A stretch of DNA of 64,000 nt from Candidatus Omnitrophota bacterium (GTDB taxonomy: Bacteria; Omnitrophota; Omnitrophia; Omnitrophales; JACROU01), in NCBI GenBank assembly GCA_016214265.1, contig JACROU010000037.1:3859-67858 (forward strand), read 5' to 3'. The translations under genes were made by a program, and so were the position numbers. The notes under the pieces were generated by a model. The model worked only from the letters and a program-made list of their open reading frames with translations. It did no database searches and was not told the origin of the DNA. Within the stretch, counting starts at the first letter, position 1. Every line of letters begins with the position of its first letter. Below are positions 31,333 through 41,012 of the stretch, one piece after another.

Positions 31333-32030
31333 ATCTTGTTCAATTTAATTTTCAGACATCGCCGGTTATTTCAAAGCTCTTCCGTTTTGAGTCGATAATC
31401 TATCGGGGCGAATTAAAGCCAAAAATCCAGCATTTCGAGACAGTGCGTGAAGGCGAAACGTTTCACCTCATCACGACTACGCTGATTCGAAAAGAAGAAA
31501 GTCTGGTCTGGAAATCGTGTCTGGATATGCTCGAATTTACGATGAAAACCGCCGCGGCCGGCATGCAGGGACTTTTCGGGTTTGATTTACTCGCCATCGA
31601 TTTCGGCAAAGGGATCGATCATTTTAATTGGAATGATTTGGCTGCGCTCATTGTGAACCGCTCCCGCAAACTGGCCGTGGGTGAGGAAGTGCTGATTCAA
31701 TACGGTTCGCTTTTCGGCATGCTCAAGAAACGGGTCAGCGAAACCTGGGGCAAAATTGATTTTCACACGGCGGTGGAGGTATTCGGTAAGGATTCCGCTC
31801 AGTTTGATTTGGTGATCAAAAAATTAATCAACGACAGTGCCGAGTTAACGGGAGCCAAAATCATCGCGGTTTTAGACTTGAGTCAGGACCCGATATTTAA
31901 ATTCGGCTTGGAAGAACAGACCGAACGGCTGGCGAAACTGCTTGCGTCGCAGGCATCGCAGGTGATGGACATTTACGTCATCCACCGCGACAAGGCCGTT
32001 GAACTCAAAGCCCAGTTTGGGGTTGATTAG
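31329..32030 (+). CDS. Hypothetical protein
   Basis: Long ORF coupled to the upstream stop (ATGA); no recognisable motif. Confidence 0.6.
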   Translation: MNLVQFNFQTSPVISKLFRFESIIYRGELKPKIQHFETVREGETFHLITTTLIRKEESLVWKSCLDMLEFTMKTAAAGMQGLFGFDLLAIDFGKGIDHFNWNDLAALIVNRSRKLAVGEEVLIQYGSLFGMLKKRVSETWGKIDFHTAVEVFGKDSAQFDLVIKKLINDSAELTGAKIIAVLDLSQDPIFKFGLEEQTERLAKLLASQASQVMDIYVIHRDKAVELKAQFGVD

Positions 32031-32084
32031 AAAGTAAGAGTTTCAGCAAGTATACTTGTCACAGATACAGTCAAGGAGGACGGT

Positions 32085-32456
32085 ATGAAGAAAGTGTTCG
32101 CCGCGGTTTTTTTCTTTTCCCTCGTGATGTTCGCGAATGGGTGCTCTCAAGCGCCTTCTCAATCCTCCGATGAATATCTGGGCGTCTGGAAAATTACCGA
32201 TATGAATGGCCGCGTATCCCAATTAACAATCAATGAAAACGGCACGATTCAAAGCGATCAAAAAAGTTTAACCGGCGGAACATGGACGATGGATGGTGCC
32301 AGAGTTCATATTGTCTGGTCGAACGGACGAAACGATTTTCTGTATCACAGTGGAAACAAGTTCAAGGTGATCACTTATTTGCCGGGAGTTTCGGTGGACG
32401 CGACTGTGGGCGTGAACGCGGATGCCGAGCGCGTTAGCGATTTAGCGGGAAAATAA
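32085..32456 (+). CDS. Hypothetical lipoprotein (one copy of a beta-rich repeat domain)
   Basis: AGGAGG RBS, lipobox ANGC and DEYLGVWK. Confidence 0.7.
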   Translation: MKKVFAAVFFFSLVMFANGCSQAPSQSSDEYLGVWKITDMNGRVSQLTINENGTIQSDQKSLTGGTWTMDGARVHIVWSNGRNDFLYHSGNKFKVITYLPGVSVDATVGVNADAERVSDLAGK

Positions 32457-32476
32457 TTTTAATCAAGGAGGATGTC

Positions 32477-33166
32477 ATGAAAATCAGAATGTTTACCGTA
32501 TTGATGTTGCTTTCATTTATCTCTTTTCTCGGAGTTCAAAGTATTTACGCCCAGATGCCGCCCGCATGGCCTGACGAATATGTGGGTGTCTGGAAACTGA
32601 AACGACAAGGAACCGAAGCGCGCTACATTGTGCTCGCAAAAAATGGCACCTGCAAAACCACGTTCAATATCGACGCGCAAGGAAAATGGCAATTCGATGT
32701 GGATCAACAAGAACTTCGCATTAACTGGAGTGACGGTTGGACGGATATTCTTCTTAAGCAGGGCGGCGAATATAAAAATTATGGTTATTCAGGCAATGCA
32801 TCTGCTGGGGATAAACCAAAAGATAAATTTAAGGCCGTCAAAGTGGATTTGGATCCGTTCGGTTATCTGGGCGTTTGGAAACTAATGATGAAAGACGGCA
32901 CAACCCATCAAATCACGATTAACCCCGATGGTACCGCCACGACGGATATGAGCAGTGGACAAAAAGGCGGATGGGAAATTAGCGGAGAAAAAGTTCATAT
33001 TTCCTGGAACAACGGCGGCAATGATTTTTTAATCAAAACCAAGAACGGGATGTATAAATTGGAACTTAATCCGCCCACGACAAAAGGGGCCGGTTCATCC
33101 ATCGCGTTGCCGATTGAGCGGACTAAAGCATTCTTGAGGGGCGGTGTTACGGCCTCCGTGATTTGA
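32477..33166 (+). CDS. Hypothetical secreted protein (two copies of the same domain)
   Basis: AGGAGG RBS, signal peptide, DEYVGVWK and GYLGVWK repeats. Confidence 0.7.
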   Translation: MKIRMFTVLMLLSFISFLGVQSIYAQMPPAWPDEYVGVWKLKRQGTEARYIVLAKNGTCKTTFNIDAQGKWQFDVDQQELRINWSDGWTDILLKQGGEYKNYGYSGNASAGDKPKDKFKAVKVDLDPFGYLGVWKLMMKDGTTHQITINPDGTATTDMSSGQKGGWEISGEKVHISWNNGGNDFLIKTKNGMYKLELNPPTTKGAGSSIALPIERTKAFLRGGVTASVI

Positions 33167-33184
33167 GAAAGAAAACGCGTTTCA

Positions 33185-35110
33185 ATGAAAAAAGCTGAGA
33201 ATATTAATTCGGAAGACCATTTTGAATTTTTGAAAAAACTAATCGAGCTCGAGGAAGCGGATGAAATCGAGCGCTTCCGCGACGAGTTTACCCACCGCAC
33301 TCCCGAAGAACGCGAACGCGCCGGCAAAGCGCTGCTTCGCTTGAATGCCGTCGAATTTCACTTCAATCCCGCAGGTCACAGGCTAGTCACATTTCAATAT
33401 GTCGATCGACGGCCGTTTCCGCTTTATTCTCCGGATACCGGCGACGTGGTCACCGTATCCCGAAACACCGGCGAGTTTTTCGATTTGCCGATCGGAACCG
33501 TTTACGAAAAGCGGCGCGAAGAAATTATCGTCGCGTTCAACCGCGATTTGCCCGAGTGGGTGGACGAAAATGGAATTTATCACCTGAACATTGCGGGCAA
33601 TCGCTCGACCTACAAAAAAATCTTCGACACGCTGCGTCTGGTTCGGACGGCGAAAGACAGCCGGCTGGCCCAGCTTCGCGATATCAGCTTAGGCCTGAAA
33701 AAAGCGGAGGAAAGCGATTTAACAGTTCCCGAGATCGACAAGATTCCGTTTTTCAACGCTCACCTGAACCCATTCCAAAAAGAAGCCGTGAAAATGGCGA
33801 TGGAAGCGCGCGATGTGGCGCTGGTGCACGGTCCGCCGGGCACCGGAAAGACGACAGTGCTCGTCGAAATTATCCGCCAGGAAGTCGCGCTTGGGCATTC
33901 GGTGTTCGTGACGGCCCCGTCCAACGCGGCGTGCGATCATTTACTGGCGTGTCTGGTGGCGGCCGGAGTTGCTGTATTCCGGCTCGGTCATCCGGCGCGT
34001 ATCATGAAACATTTGCGCGAGTACACGCTCGATTTTAAATTGGCGAAACATCCGTACGCCGAAGCGGTCGATGAATACGAGTCGGAACTCCGCGCGCTCT
34101 ACAAAAAACGCGATCGCCGCAGTGAGCGCGTCTGGATCGAAAAAGAAGAATGGGGGCAGATTGCCGAAGAAGCGAAAATGCTGAAGTCCCAAATTCGCGA
34201 GCTGGAAAGCACTATCCTGAAACAGGTGCTGGCCGATACGCCGGTAATTATCGGAACGCACACGAGTGCTCTCGATCCGGTGATCCGCGGCCGGAAATTT
34301 GATTTGGTGGTGATGGACGAGGCCACACAGAGCACTGAGCCCAGCTCGTGGATTCCGATGCTGATCGCGCAAAAGGCGATTTTGGCCGGCGACCATTTTC
34401 AACTGCCGCCCACGATTCTGTCGCAAAAAGCGGCGGAAATGGGACTGGCGGTGACGCTCTTCGAGCGGCTCCACAAAATCCTCCCGAAAAAATTCAAAAC
34501 CCTGCTACGGGTTCAATACCGCATGCACGAAAAAATTATGAATTTTTCCTCCAAAGAATTTTATGGCGGCGATTTGATCGCGGATGAATCCGTCAGATTG
34601 CACACGCTCTCTGATGTCAAACACGTCAAGCGCTGTCCGGTGACGGAAGAAGTTGTGATTTTTCTCGACACCGCCGGCCGGGGATTTTTGGAACACGGAA
34701 GTCAGAGCCGATTTAATGTGGAAGAATCCGATTTGGTGGTTCTGGAACTGGCGAAACTGCTTGAGGCGGGAGTCCGGCCCGAAGATATTGCCGTGATCAG
34801 TCCGTACAGCGCGCAGGTGCGCCTCCTGGCCGATCAAGTGAATAATCCGAATATCGAAGTCGACAGCGTCGACAGTTTTCAGGGACGGGAAAAAGAAGTC
34901 GTCATCGTTTCGCTGGTCCGGTCGAATTTGGAAGGCGAGCTGGGATTTTTAAATGACACGCGCCGCATGAATGTCGCGATGACGCGCGCCCGCCGGAAAC
35001 TTTTCGTGATCGGCGACAGCGCCACCTTGGCCAGCATTCCGTTTTACGCCGATTTCCTCAAATACGCCGAAACGATCGGCGCCTACCGCAGCAGCTGGGA
35101 AGGGGTTTAG
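33185..35110 (+). CDS. Superfamily 1 Upf1/IGHMBP2-like helicase
   Basis: GPPGTGKT, APSNAACD, DEATQ, GDHFQLPP, QYRM, VDSFQGRE and RRMNVAMTRAR. Confidence 0.93.
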   Translation: MKKAENINSEDHFEFLKKLIELEEADEIERFRDEFTHRTPEERERAGKALLRLNAVEFHFNPAGHRLVTFQYVDRRPFPLYSPDTGDVVTVSRNTGEFFDLPIGTVYEKRREEIIVAFNRDLPEWVDENGIYHLNIAGNRSTYKKIFDTLRLVRTAKDSRLAQLRDISLGLKKAEESDLTVPEIDKIPFFNAHLNPFQKEAVKMAMEARDVALVHGPPGTGKTTVLVEIIRQEVALGHSVFVTAPSNAACDHLLACLVAAGVAVFRLGHPARIMKHLREYTLDFKLAKHPYAEAVDEYESELRALYKKRDRRSERVWIEKEEWGQIAEEAKMLKSQIRELESTILKQVLADTPVIIGTHTSALDPVIRGRKFDLVVMDEATQSTEPSSWIPMLIAQKAILAGDHFQLPPTILSQKAAEMGLAVTLFERLHKILPKKFKTLLRVQYRMHEKIMNFSSKEFYGGDLIADESVRLHTLSDVKHVKRCPVTEEVVIFLDTAGRGFLEHGSQSRFNVEESDLVVLELAKLLEAGVRPEDIAVISPYSAQVRLLADQVNNPNIEVDSVDSFQGREKEVVIVSLVRSNLEGELGFLNDTRRMNVAMTRARRKLFVIGDSATLASIPFYADFLKYAETIGAYRSSWEGV

Positions 35111-35115
35111 ATTAT

Positions 35116-35264
35116 TGTCATCCCAGACAACACTGCGCGGTTTTATGCGCAGGGAGATCTGGGATCCAGTGTCTTCTCCGCCACGGCGGATCCGCCCAAT
35201 GGTGGAAAAGCCTCTGGATTCCGGATCACGGACGCTCTACGAGCGTCTCTTGTCCGGAATGACA
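35116..35264. repeat. Longer composite palindromic element, same family as 22063-22134
   Basis: TGTCATCCC...GGGATCCAG...CTGGATTCC...GGAATGACA with nested hairpins; lies between convergent genes. Confidence 0.7.
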
Positions 35265-35268
35265 AAGT

Positions 35269-36228
35269 TTAGAAGTTTTCGATCAGCCGGCGCAAGTCCT
35301 CGGCGAGGGTGGTGGCATTGATTTTATTGCGGAATTCGGCGGCTCCGGGTTGTCCGGCAAAGTACCAGCACAAAATTTTCCGGCATTTCAAGACGCCCAT
35401 TTTTTCGCCTTCGGTTTCGATTTCGAGTTCAAAATGTCTGAGCGCCGTTTTTTTGATGGTCTCCAAATCCGGTTTCGTCGTGGGCACGCCGCCGTTTAAC
35501 ACCGATTCAATCGATTTATAAATCCAGGGATTCCCGAGCGCGCCGCGTCCGATCATCACGCCGTCGCATCCCGTTTCCTCCAGCAGGCGTTTCGCGTCGT
35601 CGCCGCACATCACATCCCCATTGCCGAACACCGGAATCTTCACGGTTTCTTTCACTCGGCGAATCGACTGCCAGTCCGCGGTGCCGCTGTAGCCTTGAGC
35701 GCGGGTCCGGCCGTGAACGGTGATCGCGGAAAGGCCGGCATCTTCAGCCAGTTTCGCGATGCGCACGGCCTCCGCGCCGGAAGGATCGAAGTAGCCTTTT
35801 CGCATTTTCACGGTGACGGGGATGCGCTTCACATTCTTAACGACGCTCTCGAAAATTTTTTTCGTGGTGTCGGGTTCGATCAAGAGGGCCGAGCCGCCGC
35901 CGGGACCCGTGATTTTGGGAACCGGGCATCCGCAATTGATATCGATCAAATCAAAACCCATATCTTCGATAATACGCGCGGCTTCGCCCATCACCTCGGG
36001 CCGGGCCCCGACAATTTGCGCGCCCAGCGGCCGGTCGTTTTCGACGCGTTTCAAAATCCCGTTCGTGCGCCGCGCCTCGCGTACCAAGGCTTCCGAACTG
36101 AGCATCTCGAGGAAGGCAAACTCCATCCCGTGCTCGCGCGCCACCAGCCGGAACGCCAGATCGGTACATCCTGCCATCGGGGATTGAATGATGTTGGTTT
36201 TGAGTGTGAGAGTTTTTAGCTGCAACAT
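35269..36228 (-). CDS. dusB: tRNA-dihydrouridine synthase DusB
   Basis: SPMAG, DINCGCPVPK, HGRT, NGD and GRGALGNPW. Confidence 0.93.
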   Translation of the reverse strand: MLQLKTLTLKTNIIQSPMAGCTDLAFRLVAREHGMEFAFLEMLSSEALVREARRTNGILKRVENDRPLGAQIVGARPEVMGEAARIIEDMGFDLIDINCGCPVPKITGPGGGSALLIEPDTTKKIFESVVKNVKRIPVTVKMRKGYFDPSGAEAVRIAKLAEDAGLSAITVHGRTRAQGYSGTADWQSIRRVKETVKIPVFGNGDVMCGDDAKRLLEETGCDGVMIGRGALGNPWIYKSIESVLNGGVPTTKPDLETIKKTALRHFELEIETEGEKMGVLKCRKILCWYFAGQPGAAEFRNKINATTLAEDLRRLIENF

Positions 36229-36270
36229 AAGCTCGTATTGTACTCGATTTTGTGATTTTGCCCTCTCCCT

Positions 36271-36301
36271 TTTCCGTCATTGGGAGGATCCGCCGCGGCG
36301 G
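36271..36301. repeat. Inverted copy of the 31-nt unit at 35178-35208
   Basis: Reverse complement CCGCCGCGGCGGATCCTCCCAATGACGGAAA versus CCGCCACGGCGGATCCGCCCAATGGTGGAAA (27/31 identical). Confidence 0.65.
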
Positions 36302-36474
36302 CCAATACTTCATCACGCTCCAGAAGGTTGTGGACGCCCTAGTCCAGACCGCCATTCAAGCCAGAAGCCTCGCCGTTGCCGCGTAAGTATTATTCAAAAA
36401 ATACATATTTTAATTATATATAATTTATGGTACCTTCATGCCCTCGGAAAACAGTACGAAGAAAGGTGGGCGTT

Positions 36475-37299
36475 ATGGAAACGACAAAGGTTGCTTTATT
36501 CAAGGGCAAAAAAATCAGGAAAACGATTTCTAACAATGAGTGGTGGTTTGTTATTGAAGATGTTATTGCAGTGCTCACTGATTCAGCGCAGCCGGCAGGA
36601 TACATCAAGGATATGCGGCGCAGAGATCCTGAGCTTGCTAAAGGGTGGGGGCAAATTGCCACCCCCCTTCCTATTGAAACCGTCGGCGGCAAACAGAATG
36701 TGAGCTGTGCCAATATCGAAGGTATCTTCCGAATTATCCAATCGATTCCTTCTCCCAAAGCCGAACCTTTTAAGCGCTGGCTGGCAAAAGTCGGATACGA
36801 GCGGGTACAGGAAATAGAAAATCCCGAACTGGCAACGAAACGCACTCGGATGCTTTATAAACTTAAAGGTTATAGCGAAGATTGGATTGAAAAGCGGATG
36901 CGGGGTATTGCCATCCGCGAAGAATTGACCGATGAGTGGAAGAAGCGCGAGGCGAGAGAGCAAAAAGATTACGAGATACTGACAGCCGAAATTTCCAAAG
37001 CCACGTTTGGCATAACGCCGGTCGAGTACAAAAAATTAAAGGGGTTAAAAAGAGAAAACTTGCGTGACCACATGAATGATTTTGAGTTGATCTTTACCAT
37101 GCTTGGTGAGCGCGCCACAACCGAAATACACCGGACCGAAGATTCGAAAGGTGTGGAAAAACTGAAAAATGATGCCAAAGCGGGCGGCGATATTGCCGGA
37201 GGTGCGAGGAAGCAGCTGGAAAGGCGTCTCGGTCGATCTGTCGTGTCAGGGAAAAATTTTCTACAGAAGCCGCAAAGCAAAAAATCACTCCAAAAGTAA
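36475..37299 (+). CDS. BRO-N domain (phage antirepressor-like) protein
   Basis: IRK..NEWWFVIEDVI, IIQSIPSPKAEPFKRWLA and LRDHM. Confidence 0.88.
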   Translation: METTKVALFKGKKIRKTISNNEWWFVIEDVIAVLTDSAQPAGYIKDMRRRDPELAKGWGQIATPLPIETVGGKQNVSCANIEGIFRIIQSIPSPKAEPFKRWLAKVGYERVQEIENPELATKRTRMLYKLKGYSEDWIEKRMRGIAIREELTDEWKKREAREQKDYEILTAEISKATFGITPVEYKKLKGLKRENLRDHMNDFELIFTMLGERATTEIHRTEDSKGVEKLKNDAKAGGDIAGGARKQLERRLGRSVVSGKNFLQKPQSKKSLQK

Positions 37300-37425
37300 G
37301 CATTAATCGGTGGCTGGCGGGGAAGATTTTAATGGCCGCTTTTGACTATGCTCGCGAAAAAGGGTATAAACTTGTTTCGTTTGTATCCATCCGGCGAAGT
37401 CCCATTCGCTTTAATCGAGGTTGTT

Positions 37426-37566
37426 ATGAGTAACAAAAAAACAAGATTACAGCAACTTGAAGAGCGTTATCAGGATGGGTACAAAAGAATGCCAGAAAAA
37501 GTCGATAATGTAGAACCTTTGTTCCGTGCAGGTCTTGAAAGTTTCACCCCGGAAATAGAGTTATAA
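37426..37566 (+). CDS. Small protein, possibly an antitoxin C-terminal remnant
   Basis: GAGG RBS; 46 aa; LEERYQDGYKRMP resembles tails of RHH antitoxins. Confidence 0.3.
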   Translation: MSNKKTRLQQLEERYQDGYKRMPEKVDNVEPLFRAGLESFTPEIEL

Positions 37567-37587
37567 AAATAAAATAAGGAGGCTCTT

Positions 37588-37824
37588 ATGCCATACGATG
37601 CCGCATTAGATGACAAGTTGTTCAACAAAGCGTTTGAGGGTGAGGGAACACGGGTGAGCGTTAGCGTGTACTCTTACAACAAAGGCGCCAAAAAACTTCA
37701 GATTTCGCGCGAAAATTATAGCGCTGAAGGTGAAGCGCGTTTCGCCAAGCTCGGACGTCTGACAAAGCCGGAATTAGTCGCGATCCTTCCTTTTCTTCAG
37801 GAAGCCATTTCGCAAATGGATTAA
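37588..37824 (+). CDS. Small hypothetical protein (PC4/YdbC-like)
   Basis: AGGAGG RBS; SYNKGAKKLQISRE and KLGRL. Confidence 0.6.
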   Translation: MPYDAALDDKLFNKAFEGEGTRVSVSVYSYNKGAKKLQISRENYSAEGEARFAKLGRLTKPELVAILPFLQEAISQMD

Positions 37825-38792
37825 TGGATTCAGCGTTTCGCCCTGCCTGGTGGTGTCCCGGCCCACATCTGCAGTCGATTTTTGCTCATTTTTTCCGCTC
37901 CGTGCCTCGACTGTGTTTGACACGAAAACGGATTGAAACTCCGGATCACGATTTTCTTGATCTGGATTTTCTGGATTTCGAGAAGGAAGCCCCCCTGGTC
38001 GTGGTGTTGCACGGACTCGAGGGCTCTTCTGACGCGCGTTATATCCAAAGTTTGATGGGAGTGGTTCGTGCCCGCGGTTGGCGAGGCGTTGCCGTGAATC
38101 TGCGCGGCTGCTCGGGCGAACAAAATCGCCAGCGGTATTCCTACCATGCCGGCAAATCCGAAGATCTTGATTTCGTGGTGAACTATCTGATTCAGCGCGA
38201 GAAGGTGACATCCATTTATCTTGTCGGATTTTCTCTCGGCGGAAATATGCTGTTGAAATGGCTGGGCGAGTCGGGCGGCCAAGTGCCTAAGCAGGTGATG
38301 CGAGCCGCGGTGGTTTCCGTTCCTTTCGATCTTGCTAAATCCACGGAAATTATGGACCGGGGTTTTCATCGGGCGGTGTACACGTCGGGAATGCTCAAAA
38401 CGCTGAAGGTGAAAGCCCTCGAAAAGGAAAAACAATTTCCCGGCTGTGTCGATATCGCGAAAGTCCGCCGGGCGCGCACCTTCGGGGAGTTCGATTCGTA
38501 CGTGACGGCGCCCGTCAATGGCATCGAAAGCGCCATGACATACTGGATTCAGTCGAGCGCGATTCATTATTTGGACCAGATTCGCGTCCCAACCCTCGTG
38601 ATTCATGCCGAAGACGACCCCTTTTTCCCCGGACGGCTCTTACCGCGTGAAAAATGGAAAGCTTCCAATTACCTCCAAGCTGTGGTAACGTCTTCCGGTG
38701 GGCATCTGGGATTCGTCTCGGGTGCCTGGCCCTGGCAACAGGAGCTCTGGCTCGAAAATTCAATGTTAGGATTTTTTAATGGAACCCACTGA
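37824..38792 (+). CDS. YheT-like alpha/beta hydrolase
   Basis: HLQS, HGLEGSS, GFSLGG, DDP and GGHLGF. Confidence 0.92.
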   Translation: MDSAFRPAWWCPGPHLQSIFAHFFRSVPRLCLTRKRIETPDHDFLDLDFLDFEKEAPLVVVLHGLEGSSDARYIQSLMGVVRARGWRGVAVNLRGCSGEQNRQRYSYHAGKSEDLDFVVNYLIQREKVTSIYLVGFSLGGNMLLKWLGESGGQVPKQVMRAAVVSVPFDLAKSTEIMDRGFHRAVYTSGMLKTLKVKALEKEKQFPGCVDIAKVRRARTFGEFDSYVTAPVNGIESAMTYWIQSSAIHYLDQIRVPTLVIHAEDDPFFPGRLLPREKWKASNYLQAVVTSSGGHLGFVSGAWPWQQELWLENSMLGFFNGTH

Positions 38793-40071
38793 AGTAAGTT
38801 TTGATTCTCTCAAACTGCATCCGAACCTCCTCAAAGGAATTCATAGTCTCGGATTTATACGCCCAACCCCTATTCAGGCGCAGGCCATTCCGCACATTTT
38901 GGCCGGCCGTGATTTGATCGGTTGCGCCCAGACGGGATCCGGAAAAACGGCGGCATTCGTTCTGCCTATTCTTCACAAGCTGCTCCACAGTCATCTGAAA
39001 AAAAATTGCCGCTCACTGATTTTAGCGCCGACGCGCGAGTTGGCGCTTCAATCGATGGATCACTTGAAGGCGCTCTCGAAGTTCGTGCATTTGCGCGGCA
39101 CCGCGATATTCGGCGGCGTGCCCATGCAGCCGCAAATCAAAGATCTGGAACGTGGGGTTGATATCATTTCAGCGACGCCCGGCCGGTTGCTTGACCACAT
39201 TTACGCTGGTCGCATTGATTTTGCCGATTTGGAAGTTTTTGTGCTGGACGAAGTGGATCGCATGCTCGACATGGGATTTCTTCCGGACATCAAAAGCATT
39301 TTGCGATTGCTGCCGCATAAACGTCAGAATCTGGTTTTCTCAGCGACGCTCGCGCCCGACATTCGCCGACTGGTGGATGAAATTTTGAAAGATCCCGTGG
39401 TGATTCAGATCGGCCGTCCGCAGACTGTCGCTGTGGGGCTTCGTCATGCTATTTATCCGGTGCCGAGACATTTGAAAACGGATCTTCTGTTGGAACTGCT
39501 CCACGGGCAAAAGATGACGTCGGTTCTGATTTTTTCGCGAACCAAACATTTTGCCGACAAGCTAGCCTCAATGTTGGAGCGTCGCGGACTAAAAGTGTCC
39601 GTGCTGCATGGCGACCGCAGTCAGGGACAGCGGCTCCGGGCATTGGAAAGTTTCCGTCAAGGCCGGAATCAAATTATGGTGGCCACCGATATCGCCGCGC
39701 GCGGCATCGACATCGATAACATTTCGCACGTCGTTAACTATGATATTCCCGCGACACCGGAAGATTACATTCACAGGATCGGCCGGACGGCGCGTGGGGA
39801 AGATGCTACCGGAGACGCTTTTTCGCTGGTGGACCGGGAAGAAGAACCGCTGGTCAAAGATATCGAGCGTGCACTCAAACAAACGTTGCCCAGAGTTACA
39901 CTGCCCGATTTTGATTATAAAAAATCAGCGCCTCCAAAAACTCATCATGAATCGCATCATCAGCGTCCGTCGCATCATGGCCCAAGAAGAAATCATTCTG
40001 GAGGCGGGGGCGGCGGGGGATCTCAGCATCGCCATGGCCGCGATCGCAGGGGCAATCGAGAAAGTCGTTGA
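38779..40071 (+). CDS. rhlE: DEAD-box RNA helicase (RhlE-like; DEVD variant)
   Basis: PTPIQ, AQTGSGKT, PTREL, DEVDRMLDMGF, SAT and HRIGRTAR. Confidence 0.9.
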   Translation: MEPTEVSFDSLKLHPNLLKGIHSLGFIRPTPIQAQAIPHILAGRDLIGCAQTGSGKTAAFVLPILHKLLHSHLKKNCRSLILAPTRELALQSMDHLKALSKFVHLRGTAIFGGVPMQPQIKDLERGVDIISATPGRLLDHIYAGRIDFADLEVFVLDEVDRMLDMGFLPDIKSILRLLPHKRQNLVFSATLAPDIRRLVDEILKDPVVIQIGRPQTVAVGLRHAIYPVPRHLKTDLLLELLHGQKMTSVLIFSRTKHFADKLASMLERRGLKVSVLHGDRSQGQRLRALESFRQGRNQIMVATDIAARGIDIDNISHVVNYDIPATPEDYIHRIGRTARGEDATGDAFSLVDREEEPLVKDIERALKQTLPRVTLPDFDYKKSAPPKTHHESHHQRPSHHGPRRNHSGGGGGGGSQHRHGRDRRGNRESR

Positions 40072-40237
40072 CACAAACCCGCATAAAGTTTAGTCTACAA
40101 CACAGTTAATTGTTTTTATTTTCCGTTTTTTCAGAAAGGCCGGTTTTAGTTTTTTGTAATCCGTAAATGTTAATGATCTACAAGTTCCTACCTACACTCC
40201 AAATCAAGTTTCTTTTTCCTACGGTATCTTCCCAACA

Positions 40238-40654
40238 ATGATTGAAAATGGTAAGCGGGTTAAAATTCATTACACTTTGACCGTTGAGGGTTTTGTGGTG
40301 GACAGTTCCGAAGGACAGGAACCACTTCAGTACACTCAGGGCAATGGAGAAATTATCGTTGGTCTTGAAAGACAGCTTTTAGAATTAAATGTGGGCGACA
40401 GACGCGAGATCACGGTGTCTCCCGAAGATGGTTATGGCCTAGAAGATCCGGCTGCTTTTGTTGAAGTTGCCAAAGATCGTTTGCCGGAAGGGGACCTTCT
40501 TCCGGGGATGCAGTTTTTGGTGACGCGTCAGGACGGAAGCAAAATGCCGGTTACGATTACGGAAGTTAAAGAAGATTCGGTCATCCTGAATTTAAATCAT
40601 CCGCTGGCGGGCAAAGAGCTTATTTTTACCATTGAGATTATTGCGATTGATTAG
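40238..40654 (+). CDS. FKBP-type peptidyl-prolyl isomerase (SlyD/SlpA-like)
   Basis: HYTL, VSPEDGYG and NHPLAGKEL. Confidence 0.92.
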   Translation: MIENGKRVKIHYTLTVEGFVVDSSEGQEPLQYTQGNGEIIVGLERQLLELNVGDRREITVSPEDGYGLEDPAAFVEVAKDRLPEGDLLPGMQFLVTRQDGSKMPVTITEVKEDSVILNLNHPLAGKELIFTIEIIAID

Positions 40655-40715
40655 CATTTGAAATTATCATTGTAGGTGTAGTAGAAGTGTAACAAATAAA
40701 GAAAGGAACATGAAC

Positions 40716-40916
40716 ATGGCAAAAGGTACCGTAAAGTGGTTTAACGATTCAAAAGGATATGGCTTCATTACTCCCGAGAATGGAAAAGATGTATTCGTGC
40801 ATCATTCCGCGATTTTGGGCGAAGGATTCAAAACACTGAAAGAGGGTGAAGTGGTCAGTTTTGAAATCGTTGCCGGTCCCAAGGGTGATCAAGCGGTTAA
40901 TGTCAAGCGCGGGTAA
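40716..40916 (+). CDS. Cold-shock protein
   Basis: [15 protein letters not shown] and DVFVHHSAI. Confidence 0.96.
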   Translation: MAKGTVKWFNDSKGYGFITPENGKDVFVHHSAILGEGFKTLKEGEVVSFEIVAGPKGDQAVNVKRG

Positions 40917-40947
40917 TTAATCCAGCTGCTCGTCAATCGCATACTTT

Positions 40948-40987
40948 AAAAGGGCGGGGTCATTTACTTGGCTCCGCCCTTTTTTTT
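40948..40987 (+). terminator. Intrinsic terminator after the csp gene
   Basis: AGGGCGGGGTCA-TTTACT-TGGCTCCGCCCT followed by a T run. Confidence 0.75.
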
Positions 40988-41012
40988 CGAACAATTTCAA
41001 CAGGAGACGTTC

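Noticed and set aside
36475-37299. Prophage
   Set aside because: Only a lone BRO-N gene is present, with no structural, replication or integrase genes.
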